64,000 nucleotides of DNA from Oscillospiraceae bacterium (GCA_045631645.1 JAZQVC010000038.1:1856-65855), one strand, 5' to 3'; shown: positions 1-10,300, counted from the stretch's first letter. The notes: generated from the sequence alone by a model not told the origin. Translations and numbers: made by a program.

Positions 1-627
1 TACACCTATATAGGTCTCGTTCTTTTCCTCGCAGGCGCAAATGTTGGTTTCATGCCCGCCGGTACTTATATCGGAAGCGTTCTTGCATCTTCCGCATTCC
101 GCTTTGTACTCATTCCTATCGGAGCCCTTATTGGATACTTCATCGTCAAGGCTGAGCCGGCTGTTTATGTTCTAAACCATCAGGTTGAGGAAATAACCGA
201 AGGTGCCATCTCTGCAAAAGCAATGGGCATCAGCCTCTCCGTCGGTGTTGCGGTCTCTGTTGCTCTTGCAATGACCAGAGTTCTTTTGGAGATACCCATA
301 ATCTATTTCCTTATTCCTGGATATGCAATTGCTCTCGGACTTAGCTTCGTTGTTCCCAAGATATTCACCGCAATAGCCTTTGACTCGGGTGGAGTTGCCT
401 CAGGTCCCATGACCGCCACTTTCCTCCTTCCCCTCGCCCAAGGCGCATGCGTTGCCGTAGGCGGCAATCTTTCATCCGACGCTTTCGGCGTTGTTGCCAT
501 GGTTGCCATGACTCCTCTTATCACCATTCAGATTCTCGGTCTTATCACCATGCTGAAAAACCGCAAAAGAAAAGCATCCGAAACTCTCGGATTCATTCAG
601 GATGATGATGCCATTATTGAACTTTAA
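1..627 (+). CDS. DUF1538-family integral membrane protein (5' end lies outside the window)
   Basis: Frame 1 is open from base 1 (YTYIGLVLFLAGANVGF precedes the tracked Met at 52). The product is hydrophobic and Gly-rich (AFDSGGVASGPMTATFLLP), typical of DUF1538. A P-II-like gene follows, as is usual for this family. Confidence 0.65.
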   Translation, partial: YTYIGLVLFLAGANVGFMPAGTYIGSVLASSAFRFVLIPIGALIGYFIVKAEPAVYVLNHQVEEITEGAISAKAMGISLSVGVAVSVALAMTRVLLEIPIIYFLIPGYAIALGLSFVVPKIFTAIAFDSGGVASGPMTATFLLPLAQGACVAVGGNLSSDAFGVVAMVAMTPLITIQILGLITMLKNRKRKASETLGFIQDDDAIIEL

Positions 628-649
628 TTAACACTTCGGAGGTTAGCCT

Positions 650-1339
650 ATGAGCCAGCTCCACTTGATGGTTACTATAACAAGCCGAAATTTCACTAAA
701 AAATTTACCGATTTCTATAAAGAATGCGGTCTTGAAGTCTCGTTTCTCTCTTTGGGAAAAGGTACTGCATCAAATGAAATTTTGGACTATTTCGGCCTTG
801 ACGGTCCCGAAAAAACTCTGCTTTTTCATATTGTAAGCTCGGATAAGTGGAAAAGCGTTAAACGCGAGCTTCGCAGAAAGATAAACATTGATATCCCTGG
901 CATCGGCATAGCCTTCCTTGTACCCTTGAGCAGTATCGGAGGCGGAAAAGCCCTCAACTTCCTCGCATATGGTCAGGACTTTGTTAAAGGAGAGGAATCT
1001 ATTTTGAAAGACACCAAATATGAGCTTTTAGTTGCAATCAGCAATCAGGGCTATTCGGATCTTATAATGGACGCTGCAAGAAAGGTTCATGCAGCAGGCG
1101 GAACAGTTATTCACGCCCGCGGAACCGGTAGCCATCTTGCAGAAAAGTTCATGGGCGTTACTATCGCTCCTGAAAAAGAGATGGTATTTATCGTTGTCCG
1201 AAAGGATCAGAAAAACGACATAATGCGTTCCATTATGGACGAAGCAGGCATTAACACCGAGGCAAGAGCCATTGTCTTCTCCCTTCCCGTTACCGACACC
1301 GCCGGTATGCGACTGATGGACGATATTGACGAAGAATAA
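650..1339 (+). CDS. P-II-like signal-transduction protein with tandem P-II-like halves, DUF1538-associated
   Basis: 229 aa with an SD (GGAGG) 8 nt upstream. Two similar halves (LMVTITSR.. / LLVAISNQGYSDLIMDAARKVHAAGGTVIHARG) resemble the GlnB/P-II fold proteins that accompany DUF1538 genes. Confidence 0.55.
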   Translation: MSQLHLMVTITSRNFTKKFTDFYKECGLEVSFLSLGKGTASNEILDYFGLDGPEKTLLFHIVSSDKWKSVKRELRRKINIDIPGIGIAFLVPLSSIGGGKALNFLAYGQDFVKGEESILKDTKYELLVAISNQGYSDLIMDAARKVHAAGGTVIHARGTGSHLAEKFMGVTIAPEKEMVFIVVRKDQKNDIMRSIMDEAGINTEARAIVFSLPVTDTAGMRLMDDIDEE

Positions 1340-1343
1340 AAAA

Positions 1344-1376
1344 TACTGCTGCAGTTAATCTGCAGCAGTATTTTTT
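1344..1376. terminator. Bidirectional intrinsic terminator between convergent genes
   Basis: Perfect 11-bp stem tactgctgcag/ctgcagcagta with a 5-nt loop, flanked by an A-run and a T-run. Confidence 0.75.
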
Positions 1377-2034
1377 ATATCAGCGATTGATTATTAATGA
1401 TAAGCTTGAAAGTCATTCCAAGAGCCGAGGCAGCATTGCGGCACATTATCATTCTCTGCATAAAAATCTCGAAATAGTCCATCACCGAGCTGTAGTTAGT
1501 GTCAACACCGAGAATCAAGGTCACAGTTTTCTTATCCTCACTTATTTCAAGTCGAGATTCGCAAACAGAGTAGTTAACTCTGTCATGAATATCAAAGCTC
1601 TTTTCATCTCTGTTGCGTACGCGGCTTCGGCGTACATCGCTTTTATCGGCAATTATAAGTGCCGCGGCGATTGGGCTGACAGGTCTTCCGGTACCCTCAT
1701 CATGATTGCCGATGGCAGTTATAATTTCTGCGATTTCCGAAGGCTCCATTTTCATATCGTTGAGTATATGGAAAGCCATAATAGCACCCGACTGGGAATG
1801 TTCAACACGATTGACAAGGTTTCCTATATCATGAAGATAAGAGGCAATGCAGCCTATCTCCTGCTGGCGCTCGGAATAACCCAATTCGGAAAGAATCATT
1901 CTGCAGTTATGGGCAACGAGACCCACATGAGCAAAACTATGCTCGGTAAAACCGAGAGCAACTAGGGACTCATCGGCTTTACGAATATATGTTTTAATTA
2001 TTTCGCTGTTTTTTATATCTTCAAAACACAACAT
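1375..2034 (-). CDS. HD-domain phosphohydrolase
   Basis: 219 aa with an H..HD signature (SYLHDIGN) and downstream GNHD/ADKSD motifs typical of the HD superfamily. Confidence 0.75.
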   Translation of the reverse strand: MLCFEDIKNSEIIKTYIRKADESLVALGFTEHSFAHVGLVAHNCRMILSELGYSERQQEIGCIASYLHDIGNLVNRVEHSQSGAIMAFHILNDMKMEPSEIAEIITAIGNHDEGTGRPVSPIAAALIIADKSDVRRSRVRNRDEKSFDIHDRVNYSVCESRLEISEDKKTVTLILGVDTNYSSVMDYFEIFMQRMIMCRNAASALGMTFKLIINNQSLI

Positions 2035-2182
2035 AATTTTCTCCTTTATGATTGTATTAATATATTAAACGAAATAGCATTAAAAATAAAGACTTGAGTC
2101 GTAAATTATCTATTAACAAATATAACTTAAACATATATTTTACGTGAAGTTTATGCTATACTTCAGGAAAGGAGGAATGGAT

Positions 2183-3013
2183 ATGCGATTTGTTACTCTC
2201 GTTGAAAATAGCTGCACCGAGGGCTTTGGATGCGCCCACGGGCTTTCCATATACATCGAAACCGCCGTGCACAAAATTCTTTTTGACGCAGGTCCTGACG
2301 GGGAGCTGCTTCTTTCCAACGCTGCAAAGCTTGGAATAGACCTCAGTGAAGTTGATATTGCCATAATCTCCCATGGACACTATGATCACACAGGAGGCTT
2401 GAGCGCTTTTCTTAATATTAATAGTTCCGCTAAAATCTATATTCACACTTTGGCCTACACTCGTCGCCATTACGCAGCAGAAAAAAGCGGTTGGCGCTAT
2501 ATAGGTCCGGACATGGAGCTTCTTAATAATAATTCCCATCGTATGGTTCTGACGGAAGATTTCTTATCAATTGATGATGAGCTTTCCCTTTTTGCCTGCA
2601 TACCCACCGCCGATTTTCTTCCCGACGGAAACAGTACGCTCTATGAAGAGATCGAAGGCGAGATTATTCCTGACAGCTTCTGTCATGAGCAAAATCTTAT
2701 AGTCAGAGAGGGAAATAAAACATTTCTTTTTGCCGGCTGTGCACACCGTGGAATAATAAATATAATTCGTGGTTTCACGAATATTGTCTGTTCTCACCCA
2801 GATTATATTATTTCAGGCTTCCATCTAACAAATCCCGGACTTAAAATCGATGCTCCTGACGGGCTGGTCTATAATGTAGGAAACGAACTGGATAAATTCC
2901 CCTGCATTTATTACACGGGTCACTGCACAGGCGAAAAGCCCTATGCTAAACTTAAAACCATACTGGGAGACAGAATCAATACTCTCAAGAGCGGCATCGG
3001 CGAAACCATATGA
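2183..3013 (+). CDS. MBL-fold metallo-hydrolase
   Basis: HxHxDH motif (ISHGHYDHTGG). Start moved to the ATG 7 nt after AGGAGG; the tracked ORF begins earlier at 2144. Confidence 0.75.
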   Translation: MRFVTLVENSCTEGFGCAHGLSIYIETAVHKILFDAGPDGELLLSNAAKLGIDLSEVDIAIISHGHYDHTGGLSAFLNINSSAKIYIHTLAYTRRHYAAEKSGWRYIGPDMELLNNNSHRMVLTEDFLSIDDELSLFACIPTADFLPDGNSTLYEEIEGEIIPDSFCHEQNLIVREGNKTFLFAGCAHRGIINIIRGFTNIVCSHPDYIISGFHLTNPGLKIDAPDGLVYNVGNELDKFPCIYYTGHCTGEKPYAKLKTILGDRINTLKSGIGETI

Positions 3014-3075
3014 GGCAAAATGCATAGTATATATCGGGCGCATATTTTTGCGTCCTATTATGAAGAAGGTATACT

Positions 3076-3312
3076 ATGTCGCCTGCATATAAACTCAGCG
3101 AACTTTCCATGGGCCGAAGCGCGCGCATTTGCGCAGTAGATCAAATCAAAAATGGCGAAAGACTTTCCGAACTTGGTTTTTACCCCGGAGCCACCGTAAG
3201 ACCCCTGTTTTCCGGGATTTTCGGGGAGCCTAAGGCCTATCTGGTGCAGAATGCGGTTATCGCCTTAAGGCGCACAGAAAGCGAAAAAATACTTGTAAAT
3301 GAATTACCCTGA
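3076..3312 (+). CDS. feoA: Ferrous iron transport protein A (FeoA)
   Basis: 78 aa SH3-like FeoA pattern (GxxxxIxxI...LxxLGFxPGxxV) immediately upstream of feoB. Confidence 0.85.
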   Translation: MSPAYKLSELSMGRSARICAVDQIKNGERLSELGFYPGATVRPLFSGIFGEPKAYLVQNAVIALRRTESEKILVNELP

Positions 3313-3338
3313 GAGCGCGTCAATGACGCGCTCTTTTA
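3311..3338 (+). terminator. GC-rich hairpin plus T-run between feoA and feoB (possible internal attenuator)
   Basis: agagcgcgtc-aat-gacgcgctct followed by ttttat. Confidence 0.5.
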
Positions 3339-3384
3339 TCATATTCAAAATTACGGCATATAATAACAAAGGAAGGGGGATTAT

Positions 3385-5172
3385 ATGCCGGATAAGGTTA
3401 TACTCGCAGGCAATCCCAATGTAGGGAAATCAACTATATTTAACGCACTGACCGGTCTTAGGCAACACACTGGCAACTGGACGGGCAAGACAGTGGGAAG
3501 CGCCTATGCCTATATTTCTTGCGGAAATAAAAGGATAATGATAATCGACACTCCCGGTACATATTCCCTTCTTGCCGATTCACCTGACGAAAAAGCTGCC
3601 GCAGAAACAATTATTAACACCGAATGTAATCATATAATATATATCTGCGACGCCTGTTGCCTTGAAAAAAGTTTATACCTTTTGCTGCAAATTATGGAAA
3701 AACGTGGCAATATCACCGTATGTCTGAACCTTATGGACGAAGCCGAAAGAAAAGGCGTCAAAGTTGACATCGATGCTCTCTCCCGTGAACTTTTACTTCC
3801 GGTCATACCCATGAGCGCCTCAAAAGGCTTAGGCCTCGATACGCTTCTAGCTACTGTTAACAAAGCGGGCTTCAGTGAAATTAAAGATTCCAAATCCGAC
3901 TTTGATATAATTGCGCTTAAAACAAGAGCTGCAGAAATTGCGAACAGATCCATCACATCATCAGATAAAGTAAAAATCAGCACTCTAGACAAACTGCTAT
4001 TCAGCAAGATTTTCGGTGTTCCGATTATGCTTGCAATGCTATTGGCAATTCTATGGATAAGCATCAGCGCCGCCAATGTCCCTTCTTCTCTTTTAAGCGC
4101 ATTATTTGACCATATAGGAACATTTTTAAGAAACTGCGCACAGACATTATCAATCCCAGAAATGCTGACAGGCGCGATAATTGACGGGATATACGGCACG
4201 GTGGCATGGGTTGTGTCTGTAATGTTGCCGCCTATGGCAATATTTTTCCCGCTCTTCACTTTACTTGAAGATTTCGGCCTTTTGCCGAGAATTTCCTTTA
4301 ATCTGGACCCTATTTTCAAATGCTGTGGCAGTTGCGGAAAGCAGGCTCTTACCATGTGTATGGGACTTGGCTGCAACGCTGTGGGTGTTACTTCCTGCGC
4401 AATTATTTCATCTCCTCGACAAAAACTTATAAGCATATTGACCAACAGCTTTATGCCCTGCAACGGAAGATTTCCTACTATCATTCTACTTGCGGCCATT
4501 TTATTTCCGGAAGGCGCTGATATAAGCGCACCAATAGCTGTAATGACAGTAATACTGCTGGGAGTCGCAGCTACACTCATAAGCACAAAATTACTCTCTC
4601 TTGTATATTGCAGGAACGAAACTATGTCCTTCACTTTAGAATTGCCGCCTTACCGAAAGCCGAAAATATGGGATACGCTGGTGCGTTCCTTTTATGATCG
4701 CACGCTGAAGGTTCTCTTTCGCGCAATCAAGGCCTCAGCCCCTGCAGGACTTATCATCTGGCTTTTAGCTAACATTAAAATCAATGACGCAAGCCTGATA
4801 TCCTATATATGCGGCTATTTGGAAGCGCCTGCTTCAGTTTTCGGATTAAACGGAATAATACTGTTTGCATTCATACTCGGTCTTCCAGCCAATGAAATTA
4901 TAATGCCAATAGTTCTTATGTGCTGCACATCAGGAAGCAGTCTTATGCTTATTCCCGATGCCCAGGAAATGGGAACTATCCTACAAAATAACGGTTGGAG
5001 CGGATGTACAATAATATGCGTTCTTATTTTCACTCTTTTTCACTGGCCCTGCGCTACAACGCTTATGACTATAAAAAAAGAATGCGGTAAAATGCGCTAT
5101 GTTGTACTCGCCGCACTTCTCCCGTGTCTCTGGGGATTTTTACTGTGCTATCTTGTAAATCTGATTATATAA
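3385..5172 (+). CDS. feoB: Ferrous iron transporter FeoB (G-domain plus permease)
   Basis: N-terminal GTPase G1 motif GNPNVGKST, DTPG, and a long polytopic C-terminus with conserved Cys-containing gate motifs. Confidence 0.95.
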   Translation: MPDKVILAGNPNVGKSTIFNALTGLRQHTGNWTGKTVGSAYAYISCGNKRIMIIDTPGTYSLLADSPDEKAAAETIINTECNHIIYICDACCLEKSLYLLLQIMEKRGNITVCLNLMDEAERKGVKVDIDALSRELLLPVIPMSASKGLGLDTLLATVNKAGFSEIKDSKSDFDIIALKTRAAEIANRSITSSDKVKISTLDKLLFSKIFGVPIMLAMLLAILWISISAANVPSSLLSALFDHIGTFLRNCAQTLSIPEMLTGAIIDGIYGTVAWVVSVMLPPMAIFFPLFTLLEDFGLLPRISFNLDPIFKCCGSCGKQALTMCMGLGCNAVGVTSCAIISSPRQKLISILTNSFMPCNGRFPTIILLAAILFPEGADISAPIAVMTVILLGVAATLISTKLLSLVYCRNETMSFTLELPPYRKPKIWDTLVRSFYDRTLKVLFRAIKASAPAGLIIWLLANIKINDASLISYICGYLEAPASVFGLNGIILFAFILGLPANEIIMPIVLMCCTSGSSLMLIPDAQEMGTILQNNGWSGCTIICVLIFTLFHWPCATTLMTIKKECGKMRYVVLAALLPCLWGFLLCYLVNLII

Positions 5173-5177
5173 AAAAT

Positions 5178-5200
5178 AAAAGCTGCATTACGCAGCTTTT
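5178..5200. terminator. Bidirectional terminator hairpin
   Basis: aaaagctgc-attac-gcagctttt between convergent feoB and the S4-domain gene. Confidence 0.6.
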
Positions 5201-5441
5201 ATTCTATCTCTTTATACATAGCAGAAGCATCTGCCTTATTTGCAAACTCATTGATCTCGGTAACCTGAACCTTAAGAGAACGCTGTCCAAAAGCAATCTC
5301 TATAACATCACCGATTTTGACCTGATAGCTGGCCTTGACCTGTCTTCCGTTTACAAAAATTCTTTCACCGTCGCATGCCTCATTTGCAACAGTCCGTCTT
5401 TTTATAAGGCGGGAAACCTTAAGATATTTATCTATTCTCAT
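5199..5441 (-). CDS. S4-domain RNA-binding protein (YabO/Hsp15-like)
   Basis: MRIDKYLKVSRLIKRRTVA...V.VNG is the S4 motif. The internal Met was chosen as the start; the tracked ORF extends to 5495. Confidence 0.8.
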   Translation of the reverse strand: MRIDKYLKVSRLIKRRTVANEACDGERIFVNGRQVKASYQVKIGDVIEIAFGQRSLKVQVTEINEFANKADASAMYKEIE

Positions 5442-5533
5442 ATAATTACTCCCAGATATAAAAAATGATAAAGCGGCATAGCCACCATAGGCCATGCCGC
5501 TTTTATCAAGGGGTTTGACCCTTAGAAATTAAC

Positions 5534-5809
5534 TTACTTGGAAAGAGCTTCCTTCAGAGCCTTGCCGGCCTTGAAAACGGGAACGCGAGATGCAGGAATC
5601 TCAATCTCTTCCTTGGTCTTGGGGTTACGACCCATGCGAGAACCGCGCTCTTTTACATCAAAAGCGCCAAAGCCAACGAGCTGAACCTTCTCGCCTGCTT
5701 CCATGGAAAGAGTAATGGTGTCAAAAGTGGCATTGATAGCCTTTTCGCTGTCCTTCTTGGAGAGACCGGTCTTCTCTGCAACAGCGGAAATGAGTTCTGC
5801 CTTGTTCAT
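5534..5809 (-). CDS. hup: DNA-binding protein HU
   Basis: 91 aa: MNKAELI...[41 protein letters not shown], the canonical HU/IHF fold sequence. Confidence 0.95.
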   Translation of the reverse strand: MNKAELISAVAEKTGLSKKDSEKAINATFDTITLSMEAGEKVQLVGFGAFDVKERGSRMGRNPKTKEEIEIPASRVPVFKAGKALKEALSK

Positions 5810-5920
5810 TCTTATTCCTCCTGTTATGATAGCGGAAATTTCCGCAGAAAAATAGATATATATCAGCGATTTGTGACAACTTATGCCTCAAAGCGCAGCC
5901 ATAAAAATTTACCAAAAATC

Positions 5921-6760
5921 CTACTGCTTGTCAAGATAAAACTTCATTTCTTTGCCTTCATTTTCAGCTCTTACAAGCTGATAATATCTCTCCATTTCAA
6001 CAATAGACATCTCCTCAAGCTTTTTTCCTTCGGAGAGAACTTTCTCCTCCATATTGCGGAAACGTCTGATAGATTTTTCGCAGGCTTTATGAAGAGCGGT
6101 TTCAGGATCAACCTTGCAATGACGGGCAACATTTACAACAGCATACAAAAGATCTCCTATTTCCTCTTCTATGTTTCCCCCGTCATTTGTAGAAATGCCT
6201 TCTTGCAATTCATTAAACTCTTCATCAACTTTCATAAGCGCATAGCTTACATCAGGCCAAACGAAGCCGCTGTCAGCAGCTTTTTTCTGAACCTTTTCAG
6301 CTCTCCAAAGAGCAGGAAGCGTCTCTGCAACGCCTTCCATTGCGCTTGTCACGGTTTTCTGGGATTTTTCAAGGCGCTTAACCTCGTCCCATGTTTTAAG
6401 GACTTCTTCGCTGTTTTCGCAAACAGCATCGCCAAAAACATGAGGATGGCGGAAAACAAGCTTTTTACACGCTGTATCAGCAACTGCATTCAGGTCAAAG
6501 TTGCCCTTTTCCTCTTCCATACAGGTATGGAAAATTACCTGCATAAGAAGATCGCCCAGTTCTTCGCGAAGATTTTCATTATCTCCGCTATCGATGGCAT
6601 GAGCAAGCTCATAAGCTTCCTCAATTACATTGCGTCGAATACTCTCATGAGTTTGTTCAGCATCCCAGGGGCAACCACCCGGAGCGCGAAGAATTGCAAT
6701 TATTTTTCTGAAATCTTCTATATCGTAATTGTCTTTAATGCTGAAGTTCGTCATTTCCAT
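5921..6760 (-). CDS. mazG: Nucleoside triphosphate pyrophosphohydrolase MazG
   Basis: Tandem MazG EExxE motifs (EEAYELAHAI; EEIGDLLYAVVNVARH). Confidence 0.9.
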   Translation of the reverse strand: MEMTNFSIKDNYDIEDFRKIIAILRAPGGCPWDAEQTHESIRRNVIEEAYELAHAIDSGDNENLREELGDLLMQVIFHTCMEEEKGNFDLNAVADTACKKLVFRHPHVFGDAVCENSEEVLKTWDEVKRLEKSQKTVTSAMEGVAETLPALWRAEKVQKKAADSGFVWPDVSYALMKVDEEFNELQEGISTNDGGNIEEEIGDLLYAVVNVARHCKVDPETALHKACEKSIRRFRNMEEKVLSEGKKLEEMSIVEMERYYQLVRAENEGKEMKFYLDKQ

Positions 6761-6775
6761 ATTCTGTCCTTTTAC

Positions 6776-8401
6776 TTAATGTATATGCAAGAGCTTTGCA
6801 ATTTTTTCACCTTTGGGAATAAGCTTCATATCCTCAATGGTAATTGCTCTTGTAACGATTATGAGCACAAGATAAACAAGCGCAGCAGCGCCAACACCCA
6901 CGACCATTGCAAGAGCCATTCTTGACCAACCATCGCCAAGAATATAGGACACGATTCCGTAAACAGCCCATGCAGCAGCCGCCATAACGAGGCAGCTTAT
7001 TACGGGACGGAGGAGCATTCTCTTAAGCGAGGGCTTTCTTTCCATGCACTTGCAAAGGAAGAAATAGTTCATGCCGCACATAACAATATAGCAACAAAGG
7101 GTGCCAATAGGAGCGCCAACAATATTGATATTGGGATTGCCGACCAGTACCCAGTTTACGCCTATCTTAACAAATCCGCCGATAATCATGGAATAAAGGG
7201 GATATCTTTCGTTTCCGTGTGCCTGCAAAATTGCATTGGAAACAAGGGCAAGGCAAACGAAAACAGAACTGATGCCGAGAAGCATAAGCAGGGATGAACC
7301 AGCTTCGTGGCTATCGGGATAAACGACATTCATAATGGGATAGCTCAGTACGCTAAGACCTATGCCCATAGGCATGCAGATAATGGATGCGATTCTTACG
7401 CAACTTTCACCGATTTCGCATCCCTCCTCACCTTTCTTAGCAGCAACGCAAGCCGCAATTGAGGGAACAAGAGAAATTGTGAGGGGAGTTATAAATGCTG
7501 CGGGAAGATTATAGAGAGTGACTGTCTTAGAATATACGCCGTAGAGGACATCACTTTCTGCAACGGTGAAGCCCGCGCTGTTCTGAAGCTGAGACAATAC
7601 CAGCTTACTGTCGATAAGAGTGAAGATGCTCATAACGCTTGCGCCCAAGGTAATGGGAATTGCAATTGTCATAAGCTTTTTAAATATCTTGCCTGCCTTA
7701 TCTGGAACATCTGCATTTTCTCTGCTTACGACATTATAATCGCGTCTCTTGCAGAAGAACATATAGGCCAAAGCAGCAAGGGATCCAGCCGAGACACCGA
7801 AAATCGCGCCTGCAGAGCTTACAGGAAGGCCAAGACCTTTTTTGGTGAGTAGAAAAGCAAGGGCAAATCCAACTATAAGTTTGACAAGAACCTCAATAAT
7901 CTGGCTTACGGTGGTGGGGGTCATATTACCGTGACCCTGAATATATCCTCTGTACGCGCTGATTACGCAGCAGAAAAACACGCTGGGTGCAATTGCCAAA
8001 ATGCTCTGTGCAGATCGGGGAGAATCCATTCCCACAGCAAACTCAACGTGAAATATGGAAAGAGCAGCAGTTCCGATGATACCAATAACGGCGAAGGTTA
8101 TAAAGGCAACGGAGAAAGTGCGCTTTGCCTGCATGGGTCTGCCGAGGGTATTGGCTTCGCTTATCATTCTTGAAAGCGCAACGGGAAGACCGGCAGTGGC
8201 AATAGTGAGGAAAACATTATAAATGTTATAGGCCATATTGAAATAGCCAAATCCAACGTCTCCGAGAATATTGCCGAGAGGGATCTTATATATAGCTCCG
8301 AGTATTTTAATTAAAACAACGCCGAATGTGAGTATAGCGGCGCCATGAAGATAATTTTGTTTCTTAGAATCAGACAAAATATTTCCTCCGTTTTTAATCA
8401 A
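6776..8401 (-). CDS. MOP-superfamily polysaccharide/lipid II flippase (SpoVB/YabM-like)
   Basis: 541 aa and about 14 TM. Its position upstream of mazG matches the Bacillus yabM-yabN-yabO synteny. Confidence 0.8.
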   Translation of the reverse strand: MIKNGGNILSDSKKQNYLHGAAILTFGVVLIKILGAIYKIPLGNILGDVGFGYFNMAYNIYNVFLTIATAGLPVALSRMISEANTLGRPMQAKRTFSVAFITFAVIGIIGTAALSIFHVEFAVGMDSPRSAQSILAIAPSVFFCCVISAYRGYIQGHGNMTPTTVSQIIEVLVKLIVGFALAFLLTKKGLGLPVSSAGAIFGVSAGSLAALAYMFFCKRRDYNVVSRENADVPDKAGKIFKKLMTIAIPITLGASVMSIFTLIDSKLVLSQLQNSAGFTVAESDVLYGVYSKTVTLYNLPAAFITPLTISLVPSIAACVAAKKGEEGCEIGESCVRIASIICMPMGIGLSVLSYPIMNVVYPDSHEAGSSLLMLLGISSVFVCLALVSNAILQAHGNERYPLYSMIIGGFVKIGVNWVLVGNPNINIVGAPIGTLCCYIVMCGMNYFFLCKCMERKPSLKRMLLRPVISCLVMAAAAWAVYGIVSYILGDGWSRMALAMVVGVGAAALVYLVLIIVTRAITIEDMKLIPKGEKIAKLLHIH

Positions 8402-8404
8402 CTA

Positions 8405-9682
8405 TTAATCGACATAGTGGGTGCGGATAATCTCCTCCCACTCAAGGTATTTATGCTCGTAAAAATGAACTCCGTCCCAAGTATCACGGTCAGAAAGAAA
8501 ACCTGTTTCATCAACCATTGTTGTCACGCAATCCAGATAATAGCAGCCTTTTTCAATAGCGAGTTTCTTGAGAGCTCCGTTATAGGCATTTACATTTGCC
8601 CTTGTGAAAATCCCTCCGGAATCACGTTTTGTATTCACGGGAGTCAGAGACAGAATATAGATATCGGCATCAGGAAGAGAGCTTTGAAGAGTGTCGATTA
8701 TTACAGCATAATTGGCCTTAAATCGCGAAGGATCCATTCCAATTTCGTTTATGCCAAGTTCTATATAAACCTTTGAATAATCTCCTGCGGCAGCTGCGCC
8801 CACGGCGGTTTCATATGTACCGATGGGAGAATAAAAATCATATTTGGAAATGGCAGAGAAAACGGTCATTCCAGTGGTTGAATAGAAAGCCCCGGCATCT
8901 ATCTCACTGTAATAGCTTAGTCCGTCCACAAGGCTGTTGCCGATGAAGCAGGCATCGCGAAAAAAGTCATCCCCTGCCCGCTGACGCAAAGGAGCAGTGG
9001 ATCCAACATGATCCTCAAGACTAACTCCACTGCGCAGGCTCGGAATAAGTATGCGGGAAATTATGGAGTAAAGCTCTCCCCTGCTTACACTGTCTTCCGG
9101 GCGAAAGTTCCCCTTTTCATCCAGATCGAAAAAAACGCCGACTCTGCAGAGGTAATAAATTGCTTCTGCATAGGGATTTCCAACATCCACATCGGGAATG
9201 CTTCCGTCAAGAATATGGCTGATAACGGGCATATTTTGCTTGGGAAATGCCTTATAGAGCATATGTGCAAGCTCGCCGCGGGTAACAGCCGAATTAAGAG
9301 TTGCGTCATCGGAAATAATCAATCTATATTTAAGAGAGTAATCCACATATGTTCTGTGCCAAGGCTTTGTTTCGGGAAAAACATAGTTATCCAGATAAAA
9401 CATACTGTGAATTTTGGCAGCAGCGGATATAGCTTCTACCCTTGTCAGATTACCGCCGCATTCAGCAACGGAATTGCCCGCAGCGCCTGAGGTTGCCACG
9501 GAAAAAACCTTGGCAAGATAATCGGCACCTTCAAGACCTTCACCGAATTCGGTAAAAAGATTATGCTCATGCTCGAAATTATTATGAGGGTCCAACTTTC
9601 TGGGCTGCCAAGCAAAGGAAGAGGTACACAGGACAGATATAAAAATACAAAATGAAAGCGCAAAGCATAAAAGCTTTTTCAT
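8405..9682 (-). CDS. Secreted protein with SLH-like N-terminal repeats and a C-terminal SGNH/GDSL-type hydrolase domain
   Basis: Signal peptide MKKLLCFALSFCIFISVLCTSSFA. SLH-like segments (TRGELAHMLYKAF, SRGELYSIISRIL). C-terminal FIGNSLVDG ... DGVHF resembles the SGNH block I/V motifs. Confidence 0.6.
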   Translation of the reverse strand: MKKLLCFALSFCIFISVLCTSSFAWQPRKLDPHNNFEHEHNLFTEFGEGLEGADYLAKVFSVATSGAAGNSVAECGGNLTRVEAISAAAKIHSMFYLDNYVFPETKPWHRTYVDYSLKYRLIISDDATLNSAVTRGELAHMLYKAFPKQNMPVISHILDGSIPDVDVGNPYAEAIYYLCRVGVFFDLDEKGNFRPEDSVSRGELYSIISRILIPSLRSGVSLEDHVGSTAPLRQRAGDDFFRDACFIGNSLVDGLSYYSEIDAGAFYSTTGMTVFSAISKYDFYSPIGTYETAVGAAAAGDYSKVYIELGINEIGMDPSRFKANYAVIIDTLQSSLPDADIYILSLTPVNTKRDSGGIFTRANVNAYNGALKKLAIEKGCYYLDCVTTMVDETGFLSDRDTWDGVHFYEHKYLEWEEIIRTHYVD

Positions 9683-9692
9683 ATAACACCAC

Positions 9693-10196
9693 TTAATCGT
9701 TAATTGGGAGCTGGATAAGCTCAAGTCCGTTTCTTATAGCATAAAGCAGAGTATTCATAGTTCCACCTCTGCGACCATTATACGCAGCAATCAGAACAGA
9801 AGAGGAATCAACCATATAACGGTTTCTGTTCATATAACAGTCAGGAGAATAATCCCTTTGAATAACGGTCTGATAGTCACATTCAGAAACAAGACGAAGG
9901 TAACGTTGCTTTTGTTGTGCATTCCACCCCATCGCCTGCCCCTCGAAGGGAATTGCGGCTTCAAGGGTAACTTCCGGATGTTCTTCACGAAGGGACAAAA
10001 CGGCTTCGCAAAAATAAAAATCGCAGCCCGTCGCCATGCCGCAAATGAAATGGCACCTTCCGCTGCGATAAACGGCTTCTACAGCGTCGTAAATGCTTTC
10101 TTTAAGAGCAATGCAGTTTTTATCCTCTTCATTCTGCCCCCAGGGCAGCTTGGATTCTCTATGACCTGTAAAGCAGCAGCTGTTTGATTTTTCCAC
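9693..10196 (-). CDS. SLOG-fold DUF1273 protein (YpsA-like)
   Basis: 167 aa: CCFTGHR ... GMATGCD ... GGT, the hallmark motifs of DUF1273/YpsA. Confidence 0.7.
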   Translation of the reverse strand: MEKSNSCCFTGHRESKLPWGQNEEDKNCIALKESIYDAVEAVYRSGRCHFICGMATGCDFYFCEAVLSLREEHPEVTLEAAIPFEGQAMGWNAQQKQRYLRLVSECDYQTVIQRDYSPDCYMNRNRYMVDSSSVLIAAYNGRRGGTMNTLLYAIRNGLELIQLPIND

Positions 10197-10300
10197 CGTT
10201 TCTCACCTCGTATCAAGCTATTTTACTACCATTTATATATAATGTCAAAACCCTATTGCATAATTTATCGAATGTGGTATACTTGCATTAATAATACAGA

